NCBI GenBank assembly: GCA_900299405.1
Contig: OMJP01000011.1
Coordinates: forward strand, 1 to 43,542
DNA length: 43,542 nucleotides
Direction: 5' to 3'
Source of the DNA: a bacterium
GTDB taxonomy: Bacteria; Patescibacteriota; Microgenomatia; UBA1400; PJMF01
The stretch's first letter is position 1. Each line of letters starts with the position of its first letter. The translations under genes and the position numbers were made by a program. Under the pieces are notes generated by a model. That model did not search any database and was not told the DNA's origin. It saw only the letters and a program-made list of their open reading frames with translations. Below, piece by piece: positions 25,184 to 35,316 of this stretch.

Positions 25184-26743
25184 ATGGCTTGGCAAAGAAC
25201 TCATCGTCCCAAAAAAATCTCAGAACTGCACCTGACCAATGTCAGAGAAGCTTTGCAGCAGATGATGGAGCAGGGGAAATTTCCTCAAGTGCTACTGTTC
25301 GCTGGTCCCAAAGGAACAGGCAAGACTTCGGCCTCGAGAATTATTGGCAACCTGCTCAACGACTCACAAAACGAGGCTTTGATTGATTCATTGTTTTTCG
25401 GCAAAAAAGCCCCTAAAGACAAAAAACAACAACAGTTCCAAGAACCTGACACCGAATCCGAGTTTGCTGGAAGAATTTATGCCGGCAATTCCTATGTGGT
25501 TCAGGAAATGGATGCGGCCTCGAACCGTGGGATCGATGACATTCGGGCGCTGAAAGAGCGAGTGATGCTCCCTCCTCAGGAGGGGAAGATGGCGGTCTAC
25601 ATTCTCGACGAGGCTCACATGTTTACTACTGAGGCCTTCAACGCCTTACTGAAATTGCTAGAAGAGCCGCCAGCCCATGCGGTTTTTATTCTCGCCACCA
25701 CCGAGTTGCACAAAATTCCCGAGACGATTGTGTCTCGCAGCACCAAGCTCGATTTTCGCAAGGCGACTGAACAGGAATTGCTCGAAGCATTGAAGTTTGT
25801 CGCCGACCAAGAAAAAATCGATTACGAAGACCAGGCGCTCGAGCAGCTAGCACAAAGAGCCGATGGTAGTTTCCGCGATGCGGTCAAGCTGTTGGAAATG
25901 GTGTCGCAGAGTGGCTCGGTTTCTGCGGAGAGTATGGAGTCTGTTTTGGGTCAAAATGTTGATCAGGTGATTGGTAACTTAGTTCAAGCCGTGATCAGCA
26001 AAGACGCTCCCCTGGTTTCGCAGCTAATCGGTGATTTGCGAGCCAAAAACATTCAGGAAATCTATTTTTACAAAACCCTGATGAGCAAACTGCACGAGAG
26101 CTTACTTCAGGATCTGGCAGTCAAAGAGGGTGAGCCCATGGTCTCTGCCAAGGTGGCTCGCTTTCTGATGCAGGAGTTGCTGAGAGGAGATTTACTCCAA
26201 GCTTCACCAATGCCGTTCTTGGGATTGGAACTCAAACTCCTGGAGCTAATCGACAGAGCTCAACAGCAAGGCGCTTCCCCCGCCAAAAAAAAAATAAAAA
26301 AAGCCCCTGAAACCAAGCAAATTACCCAATCAGTCCAGCAAATTCCCACGGAAACAGTCTTGCCCACCAGCGATTTAACTGAAGAGATCACCAAAGACTA
26401 CGACCTCCAGGAGCAAGCGAAAGCACTGCTGGAGCAATGGGATCAGTTTTTGAAATTGGTTCACGAGCGCAACGCTACCTTGGCAGCCTTACTGAGATCC
26501 AGTAAGCCAATTCTAGGTGACGACGGCGTGCCCAAGGTTGGGGTTTACTACAAGTTTCATCAAGAGCAGTTGCAGCAGCAGAAGTATATGGCGCTGCTTC
26601 AGGACTGTGCCAAAGACGTCATCGGCGTTTCGCTACCTTTGCAAATTGCCTTACAGCAAGCCCCCAGAGATGCTTCGCTGGTAGAGGTCGAAGAAAAAAA
26701 CGAGGACTTGGTCCAGCTCGCAGAAGACGCTTTGCTTCAATGA
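25184..26743 (+). CDS. dnaX: DNA polymerase III subunit tau/gamma
   Basis: Walker A GPKGTGKTS, DEAHM, SRS sensor; 519 aa. Confidence 0.93.
   Translation: MAWQRTHRPKKISELHLTNVREALQQMMEQGKFPQVLLFAGPKGTGKTSASRIIGNLLNDSQNEALIDSLFFGKKAPKDKKQQQFQEPDTESEFAGRIYAGNSYVVQEMDAASNRGIDDIRALKERVMLPPQEGKMAVYILDEAHMFTTEAFNALLKLLEEPPAHAVFILATTELHKIPETIVSRSTKLDFRKATEQELLEALKFVADQEKIDYEDQALEQLAQRADGSFRDAVKLLEMVSQSGSVSAESMESVLGQNVDQVIGNLVQAVISKDAPLVSQLIGDLRAKNIQEIYFYKTLMSKLHESLLQDLAVKEGEPMVSAKVARFLMQELLRGDLLQASPMPFLGLELKLLELIDRAQQQGASPAKKKIKKAPETKQITQSVQQIPTETVLPTSDLTEEITKDYDLQEQAKALLEQWDQFLKLVHERNATLAALLRSSKPILGDDGVPKVGVYYKFHQEQLQQQKYMALLQDCAKDVIGVSLPLQIALQQAPRDASLVEVEEKNEDLVQLAEDALLQ
26285..26302 (+). other. 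A10-T-A7 homopolymer tract inside dnaX; candidate tau/gamma recoding (slippage) site
   Basis: 0 frame reads AAA AAA AAA ATA AAA AAA. The -1 frame hits TGA at 26308-26310 and the +1 frame hits TAA at 26295-26297. Confidence 0.45.
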
Positions 26744-26786
26744 ATGAAATCGGTATAATGAAGTCTATTAAAGAAAGGAAATCTTT

Positions 26787-27074
26787 ATGGCAAATCCGTT
26801 AAAAGCCCTGGGCGATCTCAACAAGCTTCGCTCCCAAGCCAAGAAAATGCAGCAGGATCTCGCTGCGGAAGAAATTCGCGTCGAAGAAGGCGATATCGTA
26901 GTGGTGATTTCTGGCGATCAGAAAATCAAACAATTTTCGGTCCAAGGAGTCAGCAGCGATGAAGCTGTCGAGGTGTTGAACAAAGCCATCAAAAAATCCC
27001 AAGAAGTAGCGGCCAAAAAACTCCAGGAAATGACTGGTGGATTAGGTGGCATGCTGGGTGGTGGTGGACAATAA
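26787..27074 (+). CDS. ybaB: nucleoid-associated protein YbaB/EbfC
   Basis: 95 aa with the typical pattern KKMQQDLAAEEIRVEEGDIVVVISGDQKIKQFSV and a Gly-rich tail. SD AAAGGAAA upstream. Confidence 0.88.
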   Translation: MANPLKALGDLNKLRSQAKKMQQDLAAEEIRVEEGDIVVVISGDQKIKQFSVQGVSSDEAVEVLNKAIKKSQEVAAKKLQEMTGGLGGMLGGGGQ

Positions 27075-27077
27075 GCC

Positions 27078-27662
27078 TTGATTTTATTTGCAACCAACAA
27101 TCAACATAAACTGCGAGAGGTCAAAGAGATTTTACCCGCCCTGCAGTGGTCGTTTTTAGGTGATTTTCCCCAGCTAGCTGGCATGGATCCCGAGGAAACA
27201 GGTGAGACTTTCGAGGCCAACGCCAAGATCAAGGCGGTGGAGTTTGGTAACGCTAGTGGCGTGCTAACCATGGCCGATGATTCTGGTTTGGAAGTGTTCG
27301 CGCTGGATGGTCAGCCTGGAGTGCGCTCTGCTCGCTGGATTCCTGGATCCGATGAAGATCGCTACCTGCATCTTTTGCAGCAGCTTGAAGGACAGCAAGA
27401 TCGCTCAGCGCAGTTCGTGTCGGTCTTGTGCCTTTATGACCCCCGGACGAAAACAGAGCATTTTTTCCGCGGAGAAGTGCAGGGCAAAATCATTGACGAA
27501 CCCAGAGGCTCAGGTGGTTTTGGTTATGACGCGGTTTTTGTGCCAGACGGAGATGAGTTGACTTACGCTCAGTTAGCAGACGAAGGCAGGAAGCACGACT
27601 ATAATCACCGGCGTAAGTCTCTAGACGCTTTTCATGATTGGTGGCGACAGCAGTCGAACTGA
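27078..27662 (+). CDS. rdgB: dITP/XTP pyrophosphatase (Ham1/RdgB)
   Basis: ATNNQHKLRE, DDSGLEVFALDGQPGVRSAR, GFGYD; TTG start. Confidence 0.9.
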   Translation: MILFATNNQHKLREVKEILPALQWSFLGDFPQLAGMDPEETGETFEANAKIKAVEFGNASGVLTMADDSGLEVFALDGQPGVRSARWIPGSDEDRYLHLLQQLEGQQDRSAQFVSVLCLYDPRTKTEHFFRGEVQGKIIDEPRGSGGFGYDAVFVPDGDELTYAQLADEGRKHDYNHRRKSLDAFHDWWRQQSN

Positions 27663-27670
27663 TTGGTTGG

Positions 27671-28993
27671 CTAATCTGCCAAGCCTTTGACGTCCTTGAT
27701 TTTTTCTCCAGAAATAGCGAAGTCTTCCAGAGTTTTTTCCACCACTACTGGTTTGACAAATTCGGCTACCATTTCTTGAGTATTCACTACGTTTAGTTCT
27801 TTAAAGAAAAACTCGAACCTCTCGGCCAGTGACTGGCGAATCGCTGCTCGGTTTTCCTCTGGCATTTCCCAGAGTTGTTGCTTGAAAGGTCCGAGAGCTT
27901 TTTTGCGCAGTTTGTAGTGGAACTGTTCGTCGGTTTGGGTTTCTTTGCGCTCGTCGCTGTGATTGGCGTCGATGTAGTCATACATTTCTTGTTTGAGCTC
28001 CTCAGGAAATTGCGGATGCTCAAAGAGAATGTTCTGAAAACCGGTTGCCAGGTGGACTTCCAGAGCGCCAAATTTCGCAAACTGGTTGAAAAACTCATCC
28101 GGTAGGGTCGAGGCTCCGTGCTGGACTGCACCGCCCACTTGGTATTTTTCCTGACAAACCTGAGTGACATCGCGTAGGATCGAGAAATCCACGTCGATAT
28201 CAGCCAGCGTGCCGTCTGCCAGCACTTTACCGCCGTGGTCAGTGCCAGTCTGGACACTGATTTTGCTGATGCCAGTTAATTCCGCTGGCAAAGCTTTCTC
28301 GAAGCCTTCCATGAAAGCCTCCAGATCAGTCACTGTGCTATTGCGTCCCCCGACGTGACCAATTTCTGCTCCCAGCGAAACAGTAACGCCTTTGGGCTCG
28401 AGCGAGCGTACCAATTTGGCCAATTGAGCAGAGTAGGTGTAGTTGGGCACCTGCTGCTCGGCTTCTTCTGGCTTGTCTAGTTCCACGAGGGTCGACATGT
28501 CGATGTCGATGTTGTAAAAACCAGCGCCAATCGCTTCGGTGATCAGTTTCTGGATGGTTTCTATCTCGCCCTCTTTGGGCTTACCTGGGGCGGCAGCCTT
28601 GGCTTGGAAATGATCGCCTTGAATGAACAGCGGACCCGACCAGCCTTCACGTAATGCTCCGGCAGTGACGATCGCCACATACTCTGCTGGTGGCTGAGCG
28701 GTGTAGCCCATTTCTGAACGAGCGATTTCGCAAATCAAAGCACCGACGTTGTTTTTCTTGGCCGATTGGAAAACTGCCCGAGCGGTTTCGTAGACCATGC
28801 CCCGCAGGTTCATGGCTGGTACGGTGAAGTCATTTGGTAGCTTGCCTTGGCCGCGAGCGATGTAAAGATCATGAATCGAGCTGGGAATAATGCCGGCCTC
28901 GATGCCTAGTTGCCAAATCTCGAAACGAGCGGCTTGTTTTTTTGCAGCAGTGCCAAACACTGCCTGGTGGGCGAGGGCTTCGATGTTGTTCAT
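27671..28993 (-). CDS. fba: class II fructose-1,6-bisphosphate aldolase (long form)
   Basis: QGDHF, EIGHVGG and VQHGAST metal- and substrate-binding motifs; 440 aa. Confidence 0.88.
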   Translation of the reverse strand: MNNIEALAHQAVFGTAAKKQAARFEIWQLGIEAGIIPSSIHDLYIARGQGKLPNDFTVPAMNLRGMVYETARAVFQSAKKNNVGALICEIARSEMGYTAQPPAEYVAIVTAGALREGWSGPLFIQGDHFQAKAAAPGKPKEGEIETIQKLITEAIGAGFYNIDIDMSTLVELDKPEEAEQQVPNYTYSAQLAKLVRSLEPKGVTVSLGAEIGHVGGRNSTVTDLEAFMEGFEKALPAELTGISKISVQTGTDHGGKVLADGTLADIDVDFSILRDVTQVCQEKYQVGGAVQHGASTLPDEFFNQFAKFGALEVHLATGFQNILFEHPQFPEELKQEMYDYIDANHSDERKETQTDEQFHYKLRKKALGPFKQQLWEMPEENRAAIRQSLAERFEFFFKELNVVNTQEMVAEFVKPVVVEKTLEDFAISGEKIKDVKGLAD

Positions 28994-29004
28994 CTGAACC
29001 TCCT

Positions 29005-29967
29005 TTAGAGTCGATAATTGATACGTTGTTTGTCAAAGACGTGGGTACTATCTATGAATCTAATTTTATCGCTTTGAGTCGACATTACCAAGCTGTGCGT
29101 ACGAGCTCCACCACCAAAGAAGCGGACACCCTTCAGCACCTCTCCGGTAGTTACTCCGGTGGCACAAAACACAATGTTTTTACCGCTAGCCAGCTCTTGG
29201 TGAGTGTAAATCTTGTCCAGCTTACCACCCATTTTTTTCAGGCGGTTTTCTTCTTCGACATTTTTGGGCCAGAAACGAGCCTGCATTTCACCTTTGATGC
29301 AGCGCAAGGCAGCAGCCGTCATTACTCCCTCGGGAGCGGCACCGATACCCATCACCGCGTGGACGGCAGTGCCGCGCATCACGGTTGCTACTCCAGGAAT
29401 TAGGTCGCCATCCATGATCAGTTTAACTCGGGCACCTGCCTCACGAACTCCGGCGATCAGTTCCTCGTTGCGTGGTCGATCGAGAATAGTAATCGTCAGG
29501 TCACGAATCTCGCGGTCCAAGACTTTGGCTAAGGTTTTGAGTGTGGTTTTCACTGGGTCATCGAGGTGAACCTTCCCGGCAGCCTCGGCGGGAACGACGA
29601 GTTTGTTCATGTACATGTCAGGGGCGTGAAACAGTCCGCCTTTTTCACTGGCAGCCAAGACAGAAATAGCACTAGGGGCGAGAGTGGCGGTGGCGTTGGT
29701 GTTTTCCAGCGGATCGACGGCGATGTCGACGTCGACACCTTTGCCTTTACCAAGTTTTTCGCCGATATAGAGCATGGGAGCTTCATCGCGCTCGCCCTCA
29801 CCGATCACTACTCGTCCGGAAAACTCGACTGAGTTGAGGTGCTCGCGCATCGCCTCGACCGAGGCTTGGTCCGCCCCTTTTTTGTCCCCAAAACCAGCAG
29901 CCCGAGCAGCAGCGATCGCGCCTACTTCGGTAGCGTGGGACAGGGTCAGAGCGAGGGAATCTTCCAT
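29005..29967 (-). CDS. glpX: class II fructose-1,6-bisphosphatase
   Basis: GEGERDEAPMLYIGEKLG...DIAVDPLENT, characteristic of GlpX; 320 aa. Confidence 0.92.
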   Translation of the reverse strand: MEDSLALTLSHATEVGAIAAARAAGFGDKKGADQASVEAMREHLNSVEFSGRVVIGEGERDEAPMLYIGEKLGKGKGVDVDIAVDPLENTNATATLAPSAISVLAASEKGGLFHAPDMYMNKLVVPAEAAGKVHLDDPVKTTLKTLAKVLDREIRDLTITILDRPRNEELIAGVREAGARVKLIMDGDLIPGVATVMRGTAVHAVMGIGAAPEGVMTAAALRCIKGEMQARFWPKNVEEENRLKKMGGKLDKIYTHQELASGKNIVFCATGVTTGEVLKGVRFFGGGARTHSLVMSTQSDKIRFIDSTHVFDKQRINYRL

Positions 29968-31241
29968 TATTTCCTTTCTTTTGCTAATAATGGCTTGAGT
30001 CCAGGTAGCATTTTTCCGCCCAGTAGCTCTAAAGCAGCACCACCGGCTGCGGAAAGGTAATCGTAGTGATTTTCCAGACCGAATTTCTTGACTGCACTGA
30101 TGGTGTCGCCGCCACCGACCACGGTTTTAGCTTTGGCTTTGGCCATGGCTTTGGCGATGGTTTTGGTTCCCTGAGAAAAAGCTTCTTTTTCAAAGACTCC
30201 CATCGGCCCATTCCAGAACACGGTCTTGGCTTGCAAAATAATATTGCGGTAGAGTTTCTGAGTTTTTGGTCCGATGTCGACAAACATCCAGTTTTGCCGC
30301 TCTTCGTGTCCATTGCCATTGGCCAGCGTAATGATTTTTTTCTTGGTGGTGTGATCGATTTTATCGGCGGCCAGCACGTCAGAAGGGTAGAGAATTTTCG
30401 GCAGAGGAATATAGTCATGGAGCATCATTTTCTCGGTCTTGGTTTCTTCCAAAAGATCTTCCGCTACTGCCACAAACGAGACCTTTTCCTTTTTGACATC
30501 AGCAGGAGTGTCCTCGAGATAAGAGTGAAAAACATCGACCCCATCTGCCTTGAGGAAATTATTGGCGACCCCACCGCCTACCAGCACCACATCCGCGACC
30601 TTGCTCAGGTTACGAATCGCCTCGACCTTATCAGAAATCTTGGCACCACCGACAATGGCGACAAAGGGATGACTGGGGTTATCCATTAGCGATTCTAGCT
30701 GTTTGACCTCTTCAGTTAAGGCCAGGCCAGCCCCTGAAGGCAAATGCTTGGTTACGCCAACGACTGAGGCATGAGCGCGATGAGAAACTGCTAGGCCATC
30801 ATTCACAAACACTTCGGCAAGCGAGGCTAATTTCTTGGCAAAGTTTTCGTCATTGGTTTTCTCACCTTCATTGAAGCGGCAGTTTTCCAGCATCACAATT
30901 TCTCCAGGTTTCATTTCAGAGACTACTTGTTCGACGTTTTCTCCCACGGTTTCATCTAGTTTTTTAACTGGTTTATCAAGTAGTTTTGCCAAATGCTTGG
31001 CTACGGGATCTAACTTAAGCTTTTCTACGGTCTTGCCCTCGGGTCTGCCCAGGTGGGAAGTAATGATGATTTTAGCTTGGTGTTTTAGGAGAAATTCGAG
31101 GGTGGGGAGGGTGATTTTCAGGCGAGTGTCGTCGGCGACGACTTGATTTTTTCCTTGTTGCTTGAGTGGGACGTTGTAGTCGACTCGCAGCAAAACTCGC
31201 TTACGAGCAACGAAATCTGCGGTGATCTGCCGAAGCTTCAT
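29967..31241 (-). CDS. pgk: phosphoglycerate kinase
   Basis: RVDYNVP, SHLGRPEG, GGGDT; 424 aa. Shares 1 nt with the glpX start. Confidence 0.95.
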   Translation of the reverse strand: MKLRQITADFVARKRVLLRVDYNVPLKQQGKNQVVADDTRLKITLPTLEFLLKHQAKIIITSHLGRPEGKTVEKLKLDPVAKHLAKLLDKPVKKLDETVGENVEQVVSEMKPGEIVMLENCRFNEGEKTNDENFAKKLASLAEVFVNDGLAVSHRAHASVVGVTKHLPSGAGLALTEEVKQLESLMDNPSHPFVAIVGGAKISDKVEAIRNLSKVADVVLVGGGVANNFLKADGVDVFHSYLEDTPADVKKEKVSFVAVAEDLLEETKTEKMMLHDYIPLPKILYPSDVLAADKIDHTTKKKIITLANGNGHEERQNWMFVDIGPKTQKLYRNIILQAKTVFWNGPMGVFEKEAFSQGTKTIAKAMAKAKAKTVVGGGDTISAVKKFGLENHYDYLSAAGGAALELLGGKMLPGLKPLLAKERK

Positions 31242-31250
31242 AAAAAATCG

Positions 31251-31787
31251 TTATTTTTTACTTGATTTCTTGCGCTTGCTCCGTTTGGCAGATGGTTTTG
31301 AGGATTTGGAGGAAGCCTTTTTGACCCCGATCACATTTTCGAACTCAAAGATAAAGTACCAACCGACGGTCAGGGTGAGCAGTGACCAGACTACCGAGCC
31401 GCCAGTAAAGATTGTTTCAAATAATCTCGCCAGAGTTAAAACAGCTGCGGCCAGTGCCCACTGCTGCCAGCCCTCACCACGGGTATTTTCCTGAGACAAT
31501 TTGGGAAAAGCCATCAGGTATAGTCCGCCGGCGATAACGGTCAAAATACCCCCAATCAAGAAAAACAGCGGATTGGTGTCGATTAGACTGGAGAACATGC
31601 GGTAGAAATGATTGGTTTGCATTCCGACCGAAATGTGCTGGAAGCCTCCTACTAGCTGCGCAATGCCTTGGAGCAGCATGTACCACGACAAGAATGGCAC
31701 AAACGGTTTCAGCACACCATTCGGTAGGTGGGGAAATTGAGCAAAGAACTCTCTTAAAGTATTTAACAGGGGGGTAAGTTGTTTCAT
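31251..31787 (-). CDS. hypothetical membrane protein with a Lys/Ser-rich C-terminal tail
   Basis: 178-aa ORF with 4 hydrophobic segments and the tail KKASSKSSKPSAKRSKRKKSSKK. Confidence 0.55.
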   Translation of the reverse strand: MKQLTPLLNTLREFFAQFPHLPNGVLKPFVPFLSWYMLLQGIAQLVGGFQHISVGMQTNHFYRMFSSLIDTNPLFFLIGGILTVIAGGLYLMAFPKLSQENTRGEGWQQWALAAAVLTLARLFETIFTGGSVVWSLLTLTVGWYFIFEFENVIGVKKASSKSSKPSAKRSKRKKSSKK

Positions 31788-31835
31788 GAAGGCATTATAG
31801 CCTTATACAAAAAGGGCTGTAAATGACTGTTTTTG

Positions 31836-32168
31836 TTAGCGAAAATAATGCAATTTATCAGCAAAATTCTCGATGTGATTGTTCACCACCGTCACCCCCT
31901 CCTTGCGCAGCAGCACGATTTTGTCGTGGACATCTTTGCCAGCTTTGTGGCCACGAAAACCGCCCAAACTAGCGTCACTAGCCACCACTCGGTGGCAGGG
32001 GACTAGGTGCGAAGCGTGAGGGTTGCAGCGCAGTGCTTGGCCGACAGCACGATAGGCTTTACTGCCCAAGCTTTCGGCAATGGTTTTGTAAGTAGCGACT
32101 TTTCCTTTGGGAATCTGCTTGGTGAGCTCATAGACTCGTTCGGTAAAAGTGGTGGTATTTTTTGTCAT
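31836..32168 (-). CDS. ogt: methylated-DNA--protein-cysteine methyltransferase (single MGMT domain)
   Basis: PCHRVV active site. ATG 32168 (MTKNTTTF) is preceded by GGAG; the ORF-track start 32240 is an extension. Confidence 0.88.
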   Translation of the reverse strand: MTKNTTTFTERVYELTKQIPKGKVATYKTIAESLGSKAYRAVGQALRCNPHASHLVPCHRVVASDASLGGFRGHKAGKDVHDKIVLLRKEGVTVVNNHIENFADKLHYFR

Positions 32169-32190
32169 TTTGCTTGCTCCAGAGTAGAAT
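32162..32190 (+). promoter_or_regulatory. sigma70-like promoter giving a leaderless transcript for the 32198 ORF
   Basis: TTGTCA-N17-TAGAAT, then 7 nt to ATG 32198. Confidence 0.5.
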
Positions 32191-32197
32191 ATAGCCC

Positions 32198-32644
32198 ATG
32201 GCACTGAGTTTGAAAACAGTTCAGCCCCATAGTGGCGCAATCATCATGGCGCTCTATCATCATCTCAAGTTTCCCTATATAAGCAACTTTGATGTTCGTA
32301 TGACTGAGCCTTACTCCAAAGTTTACCGCATCACCAAAGAGCTTTCCACCCAGGACACGATGGTGTTTCGTACCGGCAAAGACTGGCCGTGTTACTCGAG
32401 GATTTATTTCGCTGCCAATGCTACCGAGTTTCGTCTCCGTCACGATCATTCCTCGGTGGAAGAAGAATTTCGCATTTATGGCAATCGGCTGCAGATGGGG
32501 AGAGTGACTACCGAGGCAGGCCTAGTAGTGCGCTTCGAAGGAGATTTCTATCATCCCAAAATGCTGGAGTTTCGTGAAGAGTACCGAGTAGACAATCGTT
32601 TGTTTGCCCCTCGTCGTTACTACGAAGTCGATAACGTCTGGTAA
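32198..32644 (+). CDS. hypothetical protein
   Basis: 148-aa soluble-looking ORF with a good promoter placed exactly for a leaderless start. No family recognised. Confidence 0.55.
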   Translation: MALSLKTVQPHSGAIIMALYHHLKFPYISNFDVRMTEPYSKVYRITKELSTQDTMVFRTGKDWPCYSRIYFAANATEFRLRHDHSSVEEEFRIYGNRLQMGRVTTEAGLVVRFEGDFYHPKMLEFREEYRVDNRLFAPRRYYEVDNVW

Positions 32645-32660
32645 TCAACCATTTAATGCT

Positions 32661-33173
32661 TTATTGAATCCAGCTGGCGAGTTTTTCCCCGATCACAAAA
32701 GCAATCAACGAGGCTACCACCCCGGCCATCATTACTTCCAGGCCACTGCGCCACCAGCTGACGTCGGTAATTTTGGATCGCAAAGAGCCCAAAATAAACA
32801 GCACTGTCGCTACCAGCGCCAAAATCTCCCAGAATCCCAAATGAGGCAGGAAAATTACGGGCAGAATCGGCAGAAAACCGATCAAGATAAACGAGAAAAA
32901 AGTAAACAAACCAGTCATCACCGGATCGCTGGTATTGCTGGTGATTTGTTGTTTATCATTGTATTGCTGCTCGCTTTTTTCACCCATGTAGGCGCCCATC
33001 CCCATCGAGAAACCGTCAGCAAATAGATTGGCCAAACCCAAGATAATAATGATTCTGGACGGCAAATCAGCCCCAGTAGCCCCCGCCATCACCGCAAAAG
33101 TAGTAACGGTCCCATCCAGCCCGCCGTAGACGATGTCGCGCAGGTGTTTACCCCAGTCTGATTTATTGATCAT
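32661..33173 (-). CDS. VIT1/CCC1-family iron/manganese transporter (short form)
   Basis: [16 protein letters not shown]-terminal motif with TM helices; 170 aa. Confidence 0.8.
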   Translation of the reverse strand: MINKSDWGKHLRDIVYGGLDGTVTTFAVMAGATGADLPSRIIIILGLANLFADGFSMGMGAYMGEKSEQQYNDKQQITSNTSDPVMTGLFTFFSFILIGFLPILPVIFLPHLGFWEILALVATVLFILGSLRSKITDVSWWRSGLEVMMAGVVASLIAFVIGEKLASWIQ

Positions 33174-33910
33174 TATTTTCCGTTTTTTTGATGTTCGGCC
33201 CAGTATTCATTGGCGCGTAGCAGTGAGTCAAAAGTCCCAGCGTCGCTCCAGAAACCTTTGAGCTCCTCCCAACCGAGGGCTTTGTCCTCGATATAGAAGT
33301 TGTTCACCTGGGTAATTTCCAGCTGACCGCGGCCGATATAGTCAGGGTCACACATGCGAATGTAATCAAAGACTTTGTTGTCATAGATATATAGACCAGT
33401 CACGGCAAAGTCAGAAGCTGGTTTGTCTGGTTTTTCATCGATGCGTGAGATCTTGGTCTTATCCTTGGGATCAAAAGCTGGTACGCCGAAACGCTCAGGA
33501 TCAGGCACTTCTTTGAGGAAAATCACTGCTCCATCTTTGAAATTTGCTACTGGCCGAGAGATATCAGCGTCGGTGGTGTTGTCACCTAGAATTACGGCAA
33601 TCGACTCACCATCGGCAAAGTCTTCTGCCAAAGCCAAGGCATCAGCGATCCCGCCATCTGGTTTTTCCTGATAAGCATACTCGATGTGAGTGCAGCCCAG
33701 CTCGGTACCGTTTTTCAAGACTCCCAAAAAGTGACCCACATGCGGTCCGCTGGTGACAATCATGATGTCGGTTACTCCAGCATTGACCATGGTCTCGATC
33801 GGGTAAAAAATCATCGGTTTGTTGTAAACCGGCAGCAAGTGCTTATTGGTAACGTGAGTGAGGGGATAAAGGCGAGTGCCCAAACCACCTGCGAGAATAA
33901 CACCCTTCAT
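33173..33910 (-). CDS. sugar-1-phosphate nucleotidyltransferase (glucose-1-phosphate thymidylyltransferase-like, short form)
   Basis: [18 protein letters not shown]...[10 protein letters not shown]; 245 aa. Confidence 0.85.
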   Translation of the reverse strand: MKGVILAGGLGTRLYPLTHVTNKHLLPVYNKPMIFYPIETMVNAGVTDIMIVTSGPHVGHFLGVLKNGTELGCTHIEYAYQEKPDGGIADALALAEDFADGESIAVILGDNTTDADISRPVANFKDGAVIFLKEVPDPERFGVPAFDPKDKTKISRIDEKPDKPASDFAVTGLYIYDNKVFDYIRMCDPDYIGRGQLEITQVNNFYIEDKALGWEELKGFWSDAGTFDSLLRANEYWAEHQKNGK

Positions 33911-34036
33911 AAAAAATCTTTCTTCTAGTTTTTAGTTCCTTAATAACAACGATTAACTATAACATTGTAGGGCAAGGTTGAGAAGTTTGTTTATCATTCC
34001 AGGCAGGATTTGATAATAATGATACTTTTTGTTATG

Positions 34037-34064
34037 TATATAATGTTTTCTGATTTTCTGTCAA
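34037..34064 (-). promoter_or_regulatory. sigma70-like promoter upstream of the nucleotidyltransferase gene
   Basis: Minus strand reads TTGACA-N16-TATATA in a 186-bp AT-rich gap. It would give a leader of about 120 nt. Confidence 0.4.
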
Positions 34065-34096
34065 CTTGCCATTGTTTTCGTGCTGGGCTGTCTAAA

Positions 34097-35263
34097 TTAA
34101 AGCTCAACGGGTGTGAGGAGTGAGGGGTGACTGGGATCGATCACGCCCCTAGTTTCTTCGCTCCAACGATCCATCAGTGTTTGTAGCATTTCGGGGATCT
34201 GGCCTTTGTCGAATAGGGGTATGGTTTCTACCAGTTTGAGGTTTTCATCATAAAGATCTACTTGTCTCATGGGGGTGACTTTGACGGCATTGCCGACCAT
34301 GGCCAGGGCTGAGTACTTGCCGGCTCGCAGATCATGGAGAGTGATATCGGCTTCTTTGGTTTTCAGGTCAATTTTGGCTGCTAGGTGGTCGATGACGTAC
34401 TGTAGGGTAGTGCCACCCAGGCGATTGGTGCGCATAGGGGTGTAGATCAGGGTGCGCTGGTCGGCACTGATGGCCACGCATTCTTCTCCTGGCCCGTCGC
34501 TGATGACGCCATCGCGTAGCTTGGCTTTTTGGTCTTTGGGATCGGCCCAGTATTGGTGTCCGCCTTTGTCGATTAAATAGGGGGCGAGATAGATCAGTTC
34601 GTCAGCTCCTAGGCCACGAGCGATTTTGCCATTTTCCACGGCGGCGCCGTAGTTGCTGGAGTGTTTGCCGGTGATGGCGAAGAGGCGCTGGTGACCGGTG
34701 ATGGCACAAACCCCTCCGTCGATTGCCAGTGATGGGGCTAGGTAATCTGGCCAGGCCCAAGCGACGATGCCGGCATCGATGGGGTAGTCTTTTCTCATAT
34801 TGATGCCGTAGCCTCCTAGTCCGGCTGGTTGTACGGTGGGTCTGACGTAGGCTCTCACTAGCTCGTCTTTGGTTTTGTCGGGATGCTTGAAGAGATCCAG
34901 GCCGTGCATTTTGATCAGCTCCAGAGTAGCGTCACTCATTGCTTGCTGGCTGACGGGGGCGGCATAGCCTCGGCTGGGCAGCGAGCGCTGGAACATTCTG
35001 TTCATTCTGGCTTCATGCAGGACGATGTTTGGCATTCCGGTTCGTTCGTGCACCAAAGCGCTACTACCCTCAAAAACACCAGAACCATAATCGGTGGCGT
35101 GGCTGAACTGGGAAGTAATGGCCTCAGACAGAGGAATAAAAATCATTTTTTTCTCAGTATGAGAATAAACAGCAGCGTATTTTGCTCCGGGAAAGCTTTC
35201 TTGAGCTCTTTTTGCTAAAGAATTTATTACACCATCGACGTGAGAGCTGCTTTTCTTGGACAT
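34097..35263 (-). CDS. fold-type IV PLP aminotransferase (branched-chain / D-amino-acid aminotransferase-like)
   Basis: YGSGVFEGSSA, catalytic-Lys block TGKHSSNYGAAV, and GEECVAI...TPMRTNRLGGTT. ATG 35263 preferred; TTG 35338 is the alternative and would overlap the upstream gene. Confidence 0.75.
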   Translation of the reverse strand: MSKKSSSHVDGVINSLAKRAQESFPGAKYAAVYSHTEKKMIFIPLSEAITSQFSHATDYGSGVFEGSSALVHERTGMPNIVLHEARMNRMFQRSLPSRGYAAPVSQQAMSDATLELIKMHGLDLFKHPDKTKDELVRAYVRPTVQPAGLGGYGINMRKDYPIDAGIVAWAWPDYLAPSLAIDGGVCAITGHQRLFAITGKHSSNYGAAVENGKIARGLGADELIYLAPYLIDKGGHQYWADPKDQKAKLRDGVISDGPGEECVAISADQRTLIYTPMRTNRLGGTTLQYVIDHLAAKIDLKTKEADITLHDLRAGKYSALAMVGNAVKVTPMRQVDLYDENLKLVETIPLFDKGQIPEMLQTLMDRWSEETRGVIDPSHPSLLTPVEL

Positions 35264-35316
35264 AGCGGTAATTGTACTATATGCACCATGTATCGGATCG
35301 TGGATGTGAGGGAAGA

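Noticed and set aside
30066-30689. 207-aa plus-strand ORF
   Set aside because: It is antisense to pgk. It is Gly/Phe/His-rich shadow-frame sequence.
32604-33026. 140-aa plus-strand ORF
   Set aside because: It is antisense to the VIT1 transporter gene. Its Gln/His/Arg-rich composition is typical of a shadow frame.
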